A DNA stretch of 63,863 bases, counting the filler, from Sandaracinaceae bacterium (GTDB lineage Bacteria > Myxococcota_A > Polyangia > Polyangiales > JADJQN01), in assembly GCA_947483975.1 (NCBI GenBank). It is 3 parts of 3 records of this genome, joined end to end, with 100 filler letters (N's around TTAATTAATTAA, not from the genome) between each part and the next. Parts side by side here need not be neighbours in the genome. Positions count along the whole stretch, not along the records: positions 1 to 24,481 come from CANKOL010000033.1; positions 24,582 to 49,053 come from CANKOL010000034.1; 1 more part is not named here. The stretch is one strand, 5' to 3'. The stretch's first letter is position 1. Each line of letters begins with the position of its first letter. Both the position numbers and the translations under genes were made by a program. The notes under the pieces are model-generated. The model was not told the origin of the DNA. It did no database searches and saw only the letters and a list, made by a program, of their open reading frames with translations. This document shows positions 20,715-30,835 of the stretch, piece after piece.

Positions 20715-21278
20715 ATGAACAAGGCTGGTCTTCTTCTTTCATGCGTTCTCTCCGCCGTCGTGCTCGTCGCCCTGAGCGGCTGTGACTCCCGTCGTCGCAG
20801 CACGCCTGGCACGGGCGTCGACGCCGGTAGCCGCGACTTGGGCGGCATCATCGTGGACCTCGGCGGCGCGACCGACGGCGGCCACGCGACCGACGGCGGT
20901 CACGCGACCGACCTCGGTGGCGGTTCGTGCACGCCGTCCGTCGTCGACTACGTGAGCGGCGTGTACTGCAGCGCGACGACCCAGACCTGCATCGACGCCT
21001 GCACCGACGGCGCGTGCTTCCAGGCGTGCCTGGCCGCCGACGCGAGCGCGGACTGCAGCACCTGCGTCACGCTCAACCAGGTCGCCTGCGCCAACGGCAA
21101 CGGCTGCCTGACGCAGTTCAACACCTTCGACTGCTGCGCGCAGCGTGACTGCCCGACGGGCTCCGCGGCCACCTGCCTCGACACTCACTGCACGACCGAG
21201 TGGACGGCGTTCACCACGTGCGCGAACGGCGTGCTCCCGACCGCGACCTGCACGAACGACTACACCTCCTGCTTCTGA
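20715..21278 (+). CDS. Cys-rich lipoprotein
   Basis: Signal peptide with LSGC lipobox, DGGHAT repeats, Cys-rich C-terminus. Confidence 0.8.
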   Translation: MNKAGLLLSCVLSAVVLVALSGCDSRRRSTPGTGVDAGSRDLGGIIVDLGGATDGGHATDGGHATDLGGGSCTPSVVDYVSGVYCSATTQTCIDACTDGACFQACLAADASADCSTCVTLNQVACANGNGCLTQFNTFDCCAQRDCPTGSAATCLDTHCTTEWTAFTTCANGVLPTATCTNDYTSCF

Positions 21279-21324
21279 GTCGCGCGCTCCTCGCGGAGCG
21301 CTCGGTCTCTTAGATCGCGCAGCG

Positions 21325-21368
21325 ACGGCCGTCCTTCCCGAGAAATCGGTGAAAAGACGGCCGTTTTT
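21325..21368 (+). terminator. Probable intrinsic terminator
   Basis: ACGGCCGTC/GACGGCCGT outer stem, CCGA-GAAA-TCGG inner hairpin, T run. Confidence 0.6.
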
Positions 21369-21437
21369 GCGTCAATCGAGGGCCGCGCGACGCGCCTGAC
21401 TTGACGTGCGAGGCCCCGCCCCTCATCGAATACGCTC

Positions 21438-22127
21438 GTGGAAGAGCGCACCATCGTCATCGGCGACGTGCACGGCTGCATCGCCGAGCTCGAGGCGCTC
21501 GTGCGGGCGTGCCAGGTGCGCCCCGGCGACCGCATCGTGCTCGTCGGCGACCTCGTCGCCAAAGGACCCGACAGCCGCAAGGTCGTCGAGTACGCGCGGG
21601 ATATGGGGATGCTCGGCGTCCGCGGCAACCACGACGAGGCGCTCGTCCGCTGGAAGCAGGCGTCCGACAAGGGGAAGGGCAAGGACCTCCCGCGCCTCAG
21701 CAGGAGCTCGCAGGAGGCGCTGGAGCAGCTCAAGCCCTCGCACCTCGCGTGGCTCGCGGCGCTCCCGTATTACTTCGAGGTCGACAAGGATACGGTCGTC
21801 GTGCACGGCGGCCTCGAGCAGGGCGTGAAGCTCGAGAAGCAGGACCCCGCGGTCATGGTGTCGCTGCGCAGCATCCTCCCGGGCGGCAAGCTCTCGTCGC
21901 GCGCGACCGAGGGCGACCCGTGGGCCAAGAAGTGGAAAGGTCCGCGCTTCGTGCTCTTCGGTCACGACGCGATCCGCGGGCTGCAGCGCGAGCCATTCGC
22001 TGTCGGGCTCGATACCGGCTGCGTCTACGGGCGAACGCTGACCGCGGCGATCCTCCCCGAGCGGAGGCTCGTGGAGGTGCCCGCGCGGCGCGCGTACACC
22101 GAGGTACGACGCGCCGAGAGCGCATGA
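21438..22127 (+). CDS. Metallophosphoesterase (PPP/ApaH-like)
   Basis: GDVHG, GDLVAKGP, RGNHD, VHGG, FGH, LDTGCVYG. Confidence 0.9.
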   Translation: MEERTIVIGDVHGCIAELEALVRACQVRPGDRIVLVGDLVAKGPDSRKVVEYARDMGMLGVRGNHDEALVRWKQASDKGKGKDLPRLSRSSQEALEQLKPSHLAWLAALPYYFEVDKDTVVVHGGLEQGVKLEKQDPAVMVSLRSILPGGKLSSRATEGDPWAKKWKGPRFVLFGHDAIRGLQREPFAVGLDTGCVYGRTLTAAILPERRLVEVPARRAYTEVRRAESA

Positions 22128-22492
22128 GCGGGTCGACGCCGAGTCGGGTGCCTGCGGGCAAGCTCAGCGGGCTCCGCGCAAGTGAAGTGCGCGCCGTGCG
22201 CCTGCCGCCGACGCCCGACGGACTGCGACGCGAGGTGCTCGTGCTGCGCGACGCGGACGGCGCGCTCCGCGCCTATCGCAACCTCTGCAAGCATCTGCCG
22301 ATCTTGCTCGACGCGGGGAGCGGCCAATACCTCACGCCGGATGGGCGCGAGCTGCTCTGCAACACGCACGGCGCGCGCTATCGCCGCGAGGACGGGCTGT
22401 GTGTGCACGGGCCATGCATGGGCGAGTCGCTCGAGGAGGTGCCGCTCCTCGTCGAGGGGGATTCGCTCGTCGTGCTCGACGACGGGCATTGA
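22124..22492 (+). CDS. Rieske [2Fe-2S] protein
   Basis: CKH...CNTH ligands, GLCVHGPCMG; ATGA overlap. Confidence 0.85.
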   Translation: MSGSTPSRVPAGKLSGLRASEVRAVRLPPTPDGLRREVLVLRDADGALRAYRNLCKHLPILLDAGSGQYLTPDGRELLCNTHGARYRREDGLCVHGPCMGESLEEVPLLVEGDSLVVLDDGH

Positions 22493-22524
22493 TTCTCGGC
22501 GACGCGGCCCCATAGGTCGCGGCC

Positions 22525-22998
22525 ATGAGCCCCGCGACCCCGATCACCGAAGGCAAGCCCGCCCCCGCGTTCTCCCTCGAGTCCTCCGCCGGAGGGACCG
22601 TCACCCTCGCGAGCCTCGCGGGCAAGACCGTCGTCCTCTACTTCTATCCGAAGGACAGCACCCCCGGCTGCACCGTCGAGGCGCAGCAATTCCGCGATCA
22701 GCTGAGCGCGTTCACGAAGCGCGGCGCCGTCGTCTTCGGCGTGTCGAAGGACTCGATCGCCTCGCACTGCAAGTTCAGCGAGAAGCAGGAGCTCAACTTC
22801 GCGCTGCTCAGCGACCCGACCGGCGAGATGATCGACGCGTACGGCGCGTGGGGCGAGAAGAACAACTACGGCAAGAAGTCGATGGGCATCGTGCGCAGCA
22901 CCGTCGTCGTCGGACCCGACGGCAAGGTGCTCAAGCGCTACGGCAAGGTGAAGGCAGACGGGCACGCCGCGCAGGTGCTCGCCGACCTCGCTCGTTGA
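22525..22998 (+). CDS. bcp: Peroxiredoxin BCP/PrxQ
   Basis: LYFYPKDSTPGCTVEA, GVSKD, LLSD, GIVRST. Confidence 0.92.
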   Translation: MSPATPITEGKPAPAFSLESSAGGTVTLASLAGKTVVLYFYPKDSTPGCTVEAQQFRDQLSAFTKRGAVVFGVSKDSIASHCKFSEKQELNFALLSDPTGEMIDAYGAWGEKNNYGKKSMGIVRSTVVVGPDGKVLKRYGKVKADGHAAQVLADLAR

Positions 22999-23024
22999 CA
23001 CCGGCGGCACCGCGCCTGTAGCGT
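22995..23024 (+). promoter_or_regulatory. Sigma70-type promoter, leaderless
   Basis: TTGACA-18 nt-TAGCGT, 6 nt before ATG 23031. Confidence 0.6.
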
Positions 23025-23030
23025 TTTCGG

Positions 23031-24020
23031 ATGATGTCGACTCAGCGCGCTCGCGCGCTCGCCCTCGCTTGCGCCCCGGCGCTCCTGCTTCTGCTCGCGA
23101 GCTGCGGGGATGACCGCACGCCGCCCGCCGCGCTCTGCGCCTCTTCGTTCGACCGCTCGTGCCCCGACGCGACAGGCGCGAGCGTCTGCGTCCCGATCTC
23201 GACCGACCCGAACAACTGCGGCGGCTGCGGCAATCGCTGCGCGACGGGCGAGGCCTGCCGCGCGAGCGCGTGCATTCCGGTCGCGCCGCGTCCCGATGGC
23301 GGCGGCGGCTTCGACCTCGGTCCGCCGGGCGCGTGTATGCCGTCCTGCCCTTCGACGCAGCGCTGCTGCGGCACGAGCTGCGTGAACCGGCAGGTCGCCT
23401 CCGGCACCGACGGTCGCTCGGACCGCAGCTTCATGAACTGCGGCGGCTGCGGCCTGGCGTGCGACCCGGTCACCGCGAGCGCGTGCTCCGGCACGGCGTG
23501 CACCTGCGGGACGCGCGGCACGCCGTGCGCCGACGGGCAGATCTGCGTCAACGGCGGCGGTGGCTTCACCTGTCAGGCCAACTGCGGCGCGACGGGCGGC
23601 CCGTGCCCCGGCGGCGCGACCTGCTGCGGCGTCGGCGACGCGGCGATGTGCCTCAACACGCAGGTCGACACGCTGAACTGCGGGATGTGCGGGCGCGCCT
23701 GCGACGTCGGCCTGGCGTGCTCCGCCGGGAATTGCGTGGCGCTCTGCGGCGGCTCGGTCTGCGCCGCCGGGCAGCTTTGTTGCGGCGACGCGTGCGTGCG
23801 GTCGGACGCGGCGAACTGCGGCGGCTGTGGCGTCACCTGCAGCGGGCTCGACGTCTGCGGCACGGTGTTCGGCACCACGACCGTCTGCTGCGGCGAGGAC
23901 CTCGGCTTCGGGATCTTGCTGTCGTGCACGCCCCCCGGCGTGGACGCTGGGGCTCCGGACGCGGGCGACGTCGACGCGGGCGACGTGGACGCTGGCGACG
24001 TGGACTTGGGCTCGGGCTGA
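23031..24020 (+). CDS. Cys-rich repeat lipoprotein
   Basis: LASC lipobox; DxxNCGxCGxxC-type repeats; C-terminal DAGDV repeats. Confidence 0.8.
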   Translation: MMSTQRARALALACAPALLLLLASCGDDRTPPAALCASSFDRSCPDATGASVCVPISTDPNNCGGCGNRCATGEACRASACIPVAPRPDGGGGFDLGPPGACMPSCPSTQRCCGTSCVNRQVASGTDGRSDRSFMNCGGCGLACDPVTASACSGTACTCGTRGTPCADGQICVNGGGGFTCQANCGATGGPCPGGATCCGVGDAAMCLNTQVDTLNCGMCGRACDVGLACSAGNCVALCGGSVCAAGQLCCGDACVRSDAANCGGCGVTCSGLDVCGTVFGTTTVCCGEDLGFGILLSCTPPGVDAGAPDAGDVDAGDVDAGDVDLGSG

Positions 24021-24024
24021 GCCG

Positions 24025-24480
24025 CTAGCGCAGGGTGACGAGGCGCGCGTCGTGCGCGCAGACCCCGCTCGCGGTCAGCACCTCGACCTCGAGCGAGAAC
24101 TCCCGCCCGCTGAAGTCCGCGACCCGCGGCACGTCGTTGTCGAGCACGAGCAGGTCATCGACCCGCACCACGCCCGTCGCGTCGGCGCGGTAGAGGCCGG
24201 GGCGCAGCGCGCGCACTGTCGGGGCGACGACCTCTAGGCCAGTCGCCGGGTCTCGAAGTCGATACGTCGCGGTCAGCTCGAGCGGCAGGTCCCGGAGGCG
24301 GAAGCCCACGAGCACGTGGATGCCGCCCTGCGCGCCGACGACGATGTCGAGCACGCCGCCGCTCGCCGGGAGCGCGACGAAGCGCCCGCCGCTGCCGCCA
24401 ACCTCGACCGCGCCGGCGCGACATTCGGCGTCGCGCGCGCCGCCGGCATCCGGCGTCTCCGGGCCCGCACCACACGCCGA
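24025..24480 (-). CDS. Hypothetical probable lipoprotein, 5' truncated by contig end
   Basis: Frame open to the gap, reading SACGAGP...GAQGGIHV. Confidence 0.6.
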   Translation of the reverse strand, partial: SACGAGPETPDAGGARDAECRAGAVEVGGSGGRFVALPASGGVLDIVVGAQGGIHVLVGFRLRDLPLELTATYRLRDPATGLEVVAPTVRALRPGLYRADATGVVRVDDLLVLDNDVPRVADFSGREFSLEVEVLTASGVCAHDARLVTLR

Positions 24481-24481
24481 C

Positions 24482-24581
24482 NNNNNNNNNNNNNNNNNNN
24501 NNNNNNNNNNNNNNNNNNNNNNNNNTTAATTAATTAANNNNNNNNNNNNNNNNNNNNNNNNNNNNNNNNNNNNNNNNNNNN
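24482..24581. other. Artificial contig linker
   Basis: N44-TTAATTAATTAA-N44; stops in all six frames. Confidence 0.98.
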
Positions 24582-26220
24582 CTGCGAGCGCGCGCGTCGC
24601 CCGAGCTGCGTCGAGCCGCGGCGTGCCGTTGCCGTCGCCGCACGGGCGCACGCGCACGAGGTAGCCGACCTCGCAGGGCGTCCACCCGAGCGAGCGCGCG
24701 AGCTCCGGGCCCGTGACGTGCACGGCGCGCTCCGGCATCGCGTCGAGCAGGCGCCGGACGCGCCCATCGCGCCCGCCGGGCGCACCGAGGTCGATGCGCG
24801 CGAGCGTCGGGTGTCGACGGTAGAGATGGTCCCAGTACCAAGATGAGCTCGCGAGCCCGTAGAGCAGCAGCACGACGTCAGGGCGGCGGTGCTCGACCTC
24901 TTGCAGGTAGAGCATCGGCGCGCCCCAGTGATCTGGACCGACGACGAGCACGGCGTTCCGCGGCGCCTCGTCGAGCGCGCCAGCCGCCATCACGCGCGCC
25001 GCGCGATCGTAGAAGCGCGTCCGCGCCTGCACGCCAGGCGAGGCGAGGTCCGCCGCGCCGACGAGCGCGACCGCGAGCCCGACGGCGAGCGCCGGGCCTC
25101 GCGGCGAGAGCTCCGCGACGTGCAGCACGAGCGCCGCGGAGCCCGCCGAGGCGATCAGCAGCGCGGGCGCGAGGTAGTCGACGTAGTCGGCGATGTCGAC
25201 GTGGAACACGGCGTGCGAGCAGAGGAGGGCGACGGTGCCCCCCGCGAGCAAGGCCGCCGCGCTGCCCCCGAGCGCGCGCCCGCGACCGAGCGCGACGTGC
25301 CCCCCGACGCCGACGAGCAGGGCCGGCAAGACGCCCGACGGCACCGACCAAGCGAGCCACTCGCCCAAGTGCGCGAGAAAGCCTGCCGCGCCGAGGCCGC
25401 GATTGTGCGCGTAGTCCGCGCCGCGGAAGTAGGCGAGCAGCGAGGCGGCGTTCGTCGGCGCGCCCCACACGATGACGTCGGTGCGCCCTGCGACGAGCGG
25501 CACGTAGAGATACGGCAGCAGCCCCACGAGGCCCCCGACGACCAGCGCCGCGCTGGCGCGGAAGCCGAGTCGACGCGCGCGCACCGCGCCAAACAGCGCT
25601 GGAAGGAGCGCCGCGCCGGCGAGGACGGCGTGGTACGCGTTCGCGGACCCGAGCAGCCCGAGCCCGAGGCCCACGACGAGCGCGCCCTGCTGCGTCGCTC
25701 GCTCGTCCCGCGCGTCGGGCTCCCCGCGGAGCAGCGGCGCGACTCGCGCGAGCGTCCAGCACGTGAGCAAAGCCGACAGCGAGTAGACCTCGACGCGCGT
25801 CGCCGACTCCCACACCGGCCAGGCGAGCGCGAGCGCCGCGACGATCGTCACGCGCACCGCCTCGCGCGTGCGGCTCTGAGCCGCGTCGGGCTCGAGCGCC
25901 TCGGCGAGCGAGACGACCGGCAAAACGCAGAGAGCGTGCGTGATCGCAGAAAACAGGGAGAGCCCGAAGAGCGGTGAGATCCCAGGAAGGTGGGCGAAGA
26001 CCGCCCCGAGCAGCGTGTGGAGCGGCTGCCCGATCGGGTGCGAGAGGCCCAGCTGTACGGCGACCAGCGCAAGCTCGGCGGAGTCGTAGAACGAGAGGTC
26101 GCGCGCGAGCGTCGAGAGGTCGTAGGTGAGCACGAGGCTCACGGCGACGAGCGCGGCGCCGCGCGCGCGGAGCGGCAAGAAGAGCGACAGCGCGCTCGGG
26201 CGGGGCTGCGGTGTGGTCAT
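24582..26220 (-). CDS. DUF2723/TMEM260-like GT-C membrane glycosyltransferase, 3' truncated
   Basis: YDSAEL...LGLSHPIGQPL, ATRVEVYSL, YLYVPL...WGAP, YLQEVEHRRPDV. Confidence 0.75.
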
Positions 26221-27173
26221 GCCGTGCGCGCTGGGGGCGGGCGTGGCGTCACGAGCTGCAGCACGCCGCCGATGGCGCCGAGCCCGAGGTTCACTACGAG
26301 CAAGAGGAGCGACGCCGCGAGGGCGTCCTCGTGCGCGACGCCGATGGCCGCGAAGAGCGCCACGAACGCGCCCTCCCGCGCGCCGGTGCCTCCGGGCGTC
26401 AGCGGGAAGAACGCAGCTGCCGACGCGAGGGGCACGAGCGCGAGCGAGTCGGCGAGCGTCACTCGGGGCGCGATCTCGGCGAGGACGACGTGCGCGCCGA
26501 GGGCCCCGACCGCCTGCGTGCCAAACGAGAGGAGGAGCGCCACGGCGAAGGCGCGCGGCGACGCGATCGCTGGCAAGCGCTCGGCGAAGCGACCGAGCAC
26601 GCCGGGCAGCCGCGGCGCGACGCGGTGCGCGAGCGAGATCGCGGCGATCGCGCCCGCCGCGACGCAGAGGCCGACGAGCGACCATGGGAGCACGCGCTCG
26701 ACGCCCGCCGCAGGCCGAAAGAGCGCCATCGTCGCGGTGATGAAGAGCAGCGCCGTGACGCCGAGCACGCGCTCGACGAAGACGACCGCGACGGCCGCCG
26801 TGCTGCCTCGCTCGCCGAAGCTCTCACGCGTCGCGACGCCGCGGACGACGTCCCCGCCGACCGCGCCGGGAAGGAAATTGTAGAACGTCCCGATGAAGTA
26901 GAGCCGCAGGCGGCGACCGAACGAGAGGCACGTCGGGGCCCCGTACGCCGTCAGCAGATAGCCCCAGCGCATCGCGCCCACGGCGACCGCCAAGGCGCCG
27001 AGGGCGAAGGAGAGCGCGAAGTGCAGCGCCGTCGCCCGCCCGAACGCCGCGCCGAGGCGTGGCCCGTGCACGAGCGAACCGAGGTACGCGAAGAGCAGCG
27101 CCGACACGACGAGCTTCAGGGCGAGCACGACGCGGGAGCGCAGCCTCCGTCGGGCTTCGACGAGCGGCTCCAC
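26217..27173 (-). CDS. Flippase-like membrane protein (lysylphosphatidylglycerol synthase TM/UPF0104)
   Basis: RW..LL, FYNFLPGAVGGDVVR, VERVLG, PLTPGGTGAREG. Confidence 0.85.
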   Translation of the reverse strand: MEPLVEARRRLRSRVVLALKLVVSALLFAYLGSLVHGPRLGAAFGRATALHFALSFALGALAVAVGAMRWGYLLTAYGAPTCLSFGRRLRLYFIGTFYNFLPGAVGGDVVRGVATRESFGERGSTAAVAVVFVERVLGVTALLFITATMALFRPAAGVERVLPWSLVGLCVAAGAIAAISLAHRVAPRLPGVLGRFAERLPAIASPRAFAVALLLSFGTQAVGALGAHVVLAEIAPRVTLADSLALVPLASAAAFFPLTPGGTGAREGAFVALFAAIGVAHEDALAASLLLLVVNLGLGAIGGVLQLVTPRPPPARTA

Positions 27174-27176
27174 GGG

Positions 27177-29402
27177 TTACTGCAGGGCGACCCGCTGGCG
27201 CGTCGTCTGGCCCGGCAGGATCTCGACCTGGATCGTCCGCGAGAGGTGCAGGTCCGGGTTCTCGCAGACGACGCGATGGCGCCCCGAGGGGAGCTGCTTG
27301 TTGACGATCGGCGTCTGCCCGGCAGCCGCGCCATCGATCGTCACGTTGCACCACGGCGACGCGGCGAACGTCAGCATGCCGGGCCCGCTCGCCGTCGGCG
27401 GGGGAGGCGCGGGGCCGCCCACCGGGCGCTCGCGCTCGCGCTCGAGGTGGTACTCGAGCGCGGTCGTCTGCCCGCCGGGGAGCTCGATGTCGTGCTCTTC
27501 GGTACGGAAGCCGGCGGCGGTGATCTCGATGCGCCAGCGCTTCGCCTCGACGCGCAGCTCGTACGGGCCGCCGCCTTCGTGCCAGTCGTCGCCGAGCCTC
27601 ACGCGCGCCTCGAGCGGTTCGACGACGATGCGCACGAGCGACTCGTTGGCCGCGAGCGGGGTGCGCTCGAGCGCCACCGCGAGGTCGCGCACCTGGCCGC
27701 GCGTCAGCAGCAGCGTCTCGCTCTTGGTGACCCAGCTGTCGAGCGAGAGCGCGATCGAGTGCTCCACGCCAGGCACGATCTCGGTGATGGTCGCGGGCGT
27801 CGTCTTGCCGGTGTCGCGCCCATCGAAGAGGACGTGCGCGCCAGGCGGCGTCGTGCGGACGTTGACCACGGCGAAGTCCGACGCGCTCTCGCGCACGAAC
27901 GTCGCCGCGATCACGCTGCGGGGCGCGGCCTCCGTCAGGGAGACGCTGCGCGTGAACGGCGAGTAGCCCTCGAGCGTGAGCTTGATCGAGTGCGCTGCGC
28001 CGACGGGCAGGTTGCGCAAGGTCGACGGCGTCCGATGTATCTGGAGGTCGCCGTCGAGCCAAATGCCCGCGCCCGGCGGCGTGCTCGACAGCGCGATCAC
28101 TCCCGGGCCCGTCGGGCGGCTCGCGGCGCGGAGTCGCATCCACAGGAAGCTTCCTCCGCCTGCGGCGGCGAGCAGCACGAGGACGAGCGCGATCCACGGC
28201 GCGCGGCTCGGCTTGCGCGAGCGGACGCCCGAGCCCGTCAGCGAGTTGCGCTCGGCTTCCTCTTCCGCGGCGGCTTGGAGCGCGAGGACCTCGGCGAGCT
28301 GCCGTCCCTCGAGGAGCAGCTGCTTCTGCTGTTCGAGCTTCTCGGCGAAGAGCATCTGCATCCACTCGCCGAGCGAGATGGAGCTGACCGCGAGCTTCTC
28401 GTGCCGGATGAAGTCCTGCAGATCCGCCTGCAGCTCGCGCGCGGACTGATAGCGCTTGGCCACGTCCTTCTCGAGCGCGTGCTGGATGATGTACTCGAGG
28501 CGCGGCGCGATGTTCGGGTTGATCGAGCGCGGCGCCGGGTAGGGCTGCTCGACGATCATCTTGAGCGTCTCGAACTCGTTGGCGCCGCGGAACAGGCGCC
28601 GCCCCGTCGTCAGCTCGAAGAGCATCACGCCGAGCGCGAACACGTCGGAGCGCGCGTCGAGCTCGAGCCCCTGCGCCTGCTCGGGGCTCATGTACGGGAC
28701 CTTGCCCTTGAGCTTGCCGCTCTTGGTGTCCTCGGCGTTGCTGCGCCCCGCCTTCGCGATGCCGAAGTCGACGAGCTTCACGTCGCCGTTGAACGTGATG
28801 AGCACGTTCTGCGGGCTGACGTCGCGGTGCACGATGTTCATCGCCTCGCCGTCGAGCGTGCGCTGCTCGTGTGCGTACGAGAGCCCGGCGCTCATGCCGA
28901 GGATGATCGCGAGCGCGTGCTCGAGGGGGAACGACGTGACGTTCTTGCCCTTCATCGAGCGCACGACCGAGCGCAGGTCCTCGCCGTGGACGTGCTCCAT
29001 CGCGATGTAGAACTGCCCGTCGTGCTGCCCGACGTCGTAGATCTGCGCGACGTTCGGGTGGTTCAGCGTCGCGGCGATGCGCGCCTCGTCGAGGAGCATC
29101 GTGACGAACTGCGCGTCCTTCGCGAGGTGCGGGAGGATGCGCTTGACGACGATGATCTTCTCGAAGCCGGCGACGCTCCGCTGGAGCGCGAGGAAGATCT
29201 CGGCCATTCCGCCGATGGCGATCTTTCGGATCAGCGTGTATTTCCCGAAGCGCTTCGGGAGCTGCTCTTCACCCTCGACGGCGGGCGGCCTCGGGATCCC
29301 GGGCTTCGAGCCGCCCCCAGGCGGCACGGGCGGCGCAGCGTTGCTGCCCGACGCAGTCGAAGAGGGAGGCGGCGGCACCGCCGGAGCTTGAGCGTTCGAC
29401 AC
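27177..29402 (-). CDS. Ser/Thr protein kinase with TM and PEGA domains (start uncertain)
   Basis: GGMAEIF, VVKR, HRDVSPQN, DFGIAK, YMSPEQ; TM; STPPGA/TTPPGA PEGA repeats. Confidence 0.93.
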   Translation of the reverse strand: MSNAQAPAVPPPPSSTASGSNAAPPVPPGGGSKPGIPRPPAVEGEEQLPKRFGKYTLIRKIAIGGMAEIFLALQRSVAGFEKIIVVKRILPHLAKDAQFVTMLLDEARIAATLNHPNVAQIYDVGQHDGQFYIAMEHVHGEDLRSVVRSMKGKNVTSFPLEHALAIILGMSAGLSYAHEQRTLDGEAMNIVHRDVSPQNVLITFNGDVKLVDFGIAKAGRSNAEDTKSGKLKGKVPYMSPEQAQGLELDARSDVFALGVMLFELTTGRRLFRGANEFETLKMIVEQPYPAPRSINPNIAPRLEYIIQHALEKDVAKRYQSARELQADLQDFIRHEKLAVSSISLGEWMQMLFAEKLEQQKQLLLEGRQLAEVLALQAAAEEEAERNSLTGSGVRSRKPSRAPWIALVLVLLAAAGGGSFLWMRLRAASRPTGPGVIALSSTPPGAGIWLDGDLQIHRTPSTLRNLPVGAAHSIKLTLEGYSPFTRSVSLTEAAPRSVIAATFVRESASDFAVVNVRTTPPGAHVLFDGRDTGKTTPATITEIVPGVEHSIALSLDSWVTKSETLLLTRGQVRDLAVALERTPLAANESLVRIVVEPLEARVRLGDDWHEGGGPYELRVEAKRWRIEITAAGFRTEEHDIELPGGQTTALEYHLERERERPVGGPAPPPPTASGPGMLTFAASPWCNVTIDGAAAGQTPIVNKQLPSGRHRVVCENPDLHLSRTIQVEILPGQTTRQRVALQ

Positions 29403-29495
29403 TGTGAGGTCCTCGAGACGGCTTGGTGAAATCTCAGCGAGTATGCACGGCTCCCGTCGGGGCGGATAGGGGCTCCGCACATCGGCGGACCTGCC

Positions 29496-30737
29496 TCAGG
29501 GAGCGTCGCGCAGCACCGTGTAGGCGCCCCGGGACGCGAGCGCTCGCGGCGGGCGACCGTGCTGCTCGAGCGGCCCGACCAGATCGGCGACGTGCTTCGT
29601 GCGCGTGAGCCAGAGCGCTTGCCCGCCGGGCGCGAGCAGCTTGCGCACGGTCGTCAGTTCGCGGCGCGTCGCCTCGGGGCCGGCCGCGTCGGAGGTCTCC
29701 GCGACGACGAGGTCGAAGCGCTCGTCGGGCCCGGCGGCGTCGGGGAGCCAGGCGACCTCGCGCGTCGTCAGGGAGAGGCCGTGCCGCTCAGCGTTGCGGC
29801 GAGTGAAGGTCGTCGCGAGCAGGTCGCGGTCGGCGGCGATCACCTCTGCGCCGCGCGCGGCGAGGGTGAGCGCGACGGCGCCGTAGCCGCCGCGGAGGAC
29901 GAGCGCGCGTACGCCTGCAGCCTGTCGAGGGAGCACGTCGAGCAGCAGCGGCAGCGCTTCGTGGAGGTGCGCGGCGTCCTCGCCGAGATCGTGCGGACGG
30001 GCGAGCGCGCGCCCATCGAGCGACACCTCGTCGCGCGCGTAGAGAGGCTCGTGCGCCTCGCGCTCTGCGGCGGCTGGGCTCGCCGCGGCCTCGAGCGGCG
30101 TGCACGAGAAGACGCGATGGCGCGTACTCCGGGCGACCTCGCGCAGCGGGAGCGCGGCCTCGGCCGCGATGCGCTCGACGATGGGCCCGAGGTCCCGGAT
30201 GACGACGATGCGCACCTCGCCTCCCGCGCGAAGTCGCCGCGCGCCCTCGGCGATCAGGTACTCGATCGCGCGGTCGCCGATGCGCGCCGGGACGTTGCAG
30301 AGCACCCAGTCGAAGCGCGCCTCGGCGTCGAGGTCGCGATAGCCGAGACCTCCCTGTGCCTGCGCGCCCGAGAGGCCCATCGTCGCGGCGTTGCGCGCGG
30401 CGTACTCGACCGCGACGAGGTCCCGGTCGACGAGCGTGACGTGCGCGTCGGGGTGCGTCGCCGCGATGGCGAGCCCAAGCGCGCCGTAGCCGCAGCCGAG
30501 ATCGAGCACCGCGGTCGGCGGGCGCAGCGGCAGATGCGAGAGCAGCAAGCGCGTGCCGTCGTCGATTCGGTCGGCCGAGAACAGCCCGCGTCCCGTCGTG
30601 AAGGTGAGCGCCTCGTCGAGGTGCGTCGCGCGGACGGTCCCGTGGTCGAGCGCCGCGAACAGTGGCGCGCGCTTGGCGTGCGCAGACCGCGCGGGCTGCG
30701 CGGGCGCGGGATTGCGAGAAGAGGAGCGGCCGCGCAT
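29496..30737 (-). CDS. RsmC-like class I SAM methyltransferase with duplicated domain
   Basis: GLFS..RIDDGTRLLL, LDLGCGYG; second degenerate copy LVLRGGYG...DRDLLA. Confidence 0.75.
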   Translation of the reverse strand: MRGRSSSRNPAPAQPARSAHAKRAPLFAALDHGTVRATHLDEALTFTTGRGLFSADRIDDGTRLLLSHLPLRPPTAVLDLGCGYGALGLAIAATHPDAHVTLVDRDLVAVEYAARNAATMGLSGAQAQGGLGYRDLDAEARFDWVLCNVPARIGDRAIEYLIAEGARRLRAGGEVRIVVIRDLGPIVERIAAEAALPLREVARSTRHRVFSCTPLEAAASPAAAEREAHEPLYARDEVSLDGRALARPHDLGEDAAHLHEALPLLLDVLPRQAAGVRALVLRGGYGAVALTLAARGAEVIAADRDLLATTFTRRNAERHGLSLTTREVAWLPDAAGPDERFDLVVAETSDAAGPEATRRELTTVRKLLAPGGQALWLTRTKHVADLVGPLEQHGRPPRALASRGAYTVLRDAP

Positions 30738-30835
30738 AGGCGGCGCACCGTACCGTCGCGGGGCGGGCGCCGCAAAGAGTGCGCGAGTGGAGCGGTGCTT
30801 TCGGTTACATTGTCAGGAGCCGAGGAGGCCCGTCC

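Noticed and set aside
20868..20915. Short DGGHAT repeats (and DAGDV repeats at about 23940-24010)
   Set aside because: Ordinary low-complexity lipoprotein linkers
24482..24581. AT-rich palindrome TTAATTAATTAA flanked by Ns (also 49054-49153)
   Set aside because: Identical synthetic 100-bp linker; not biology, and neighbourhoods across it are not informative
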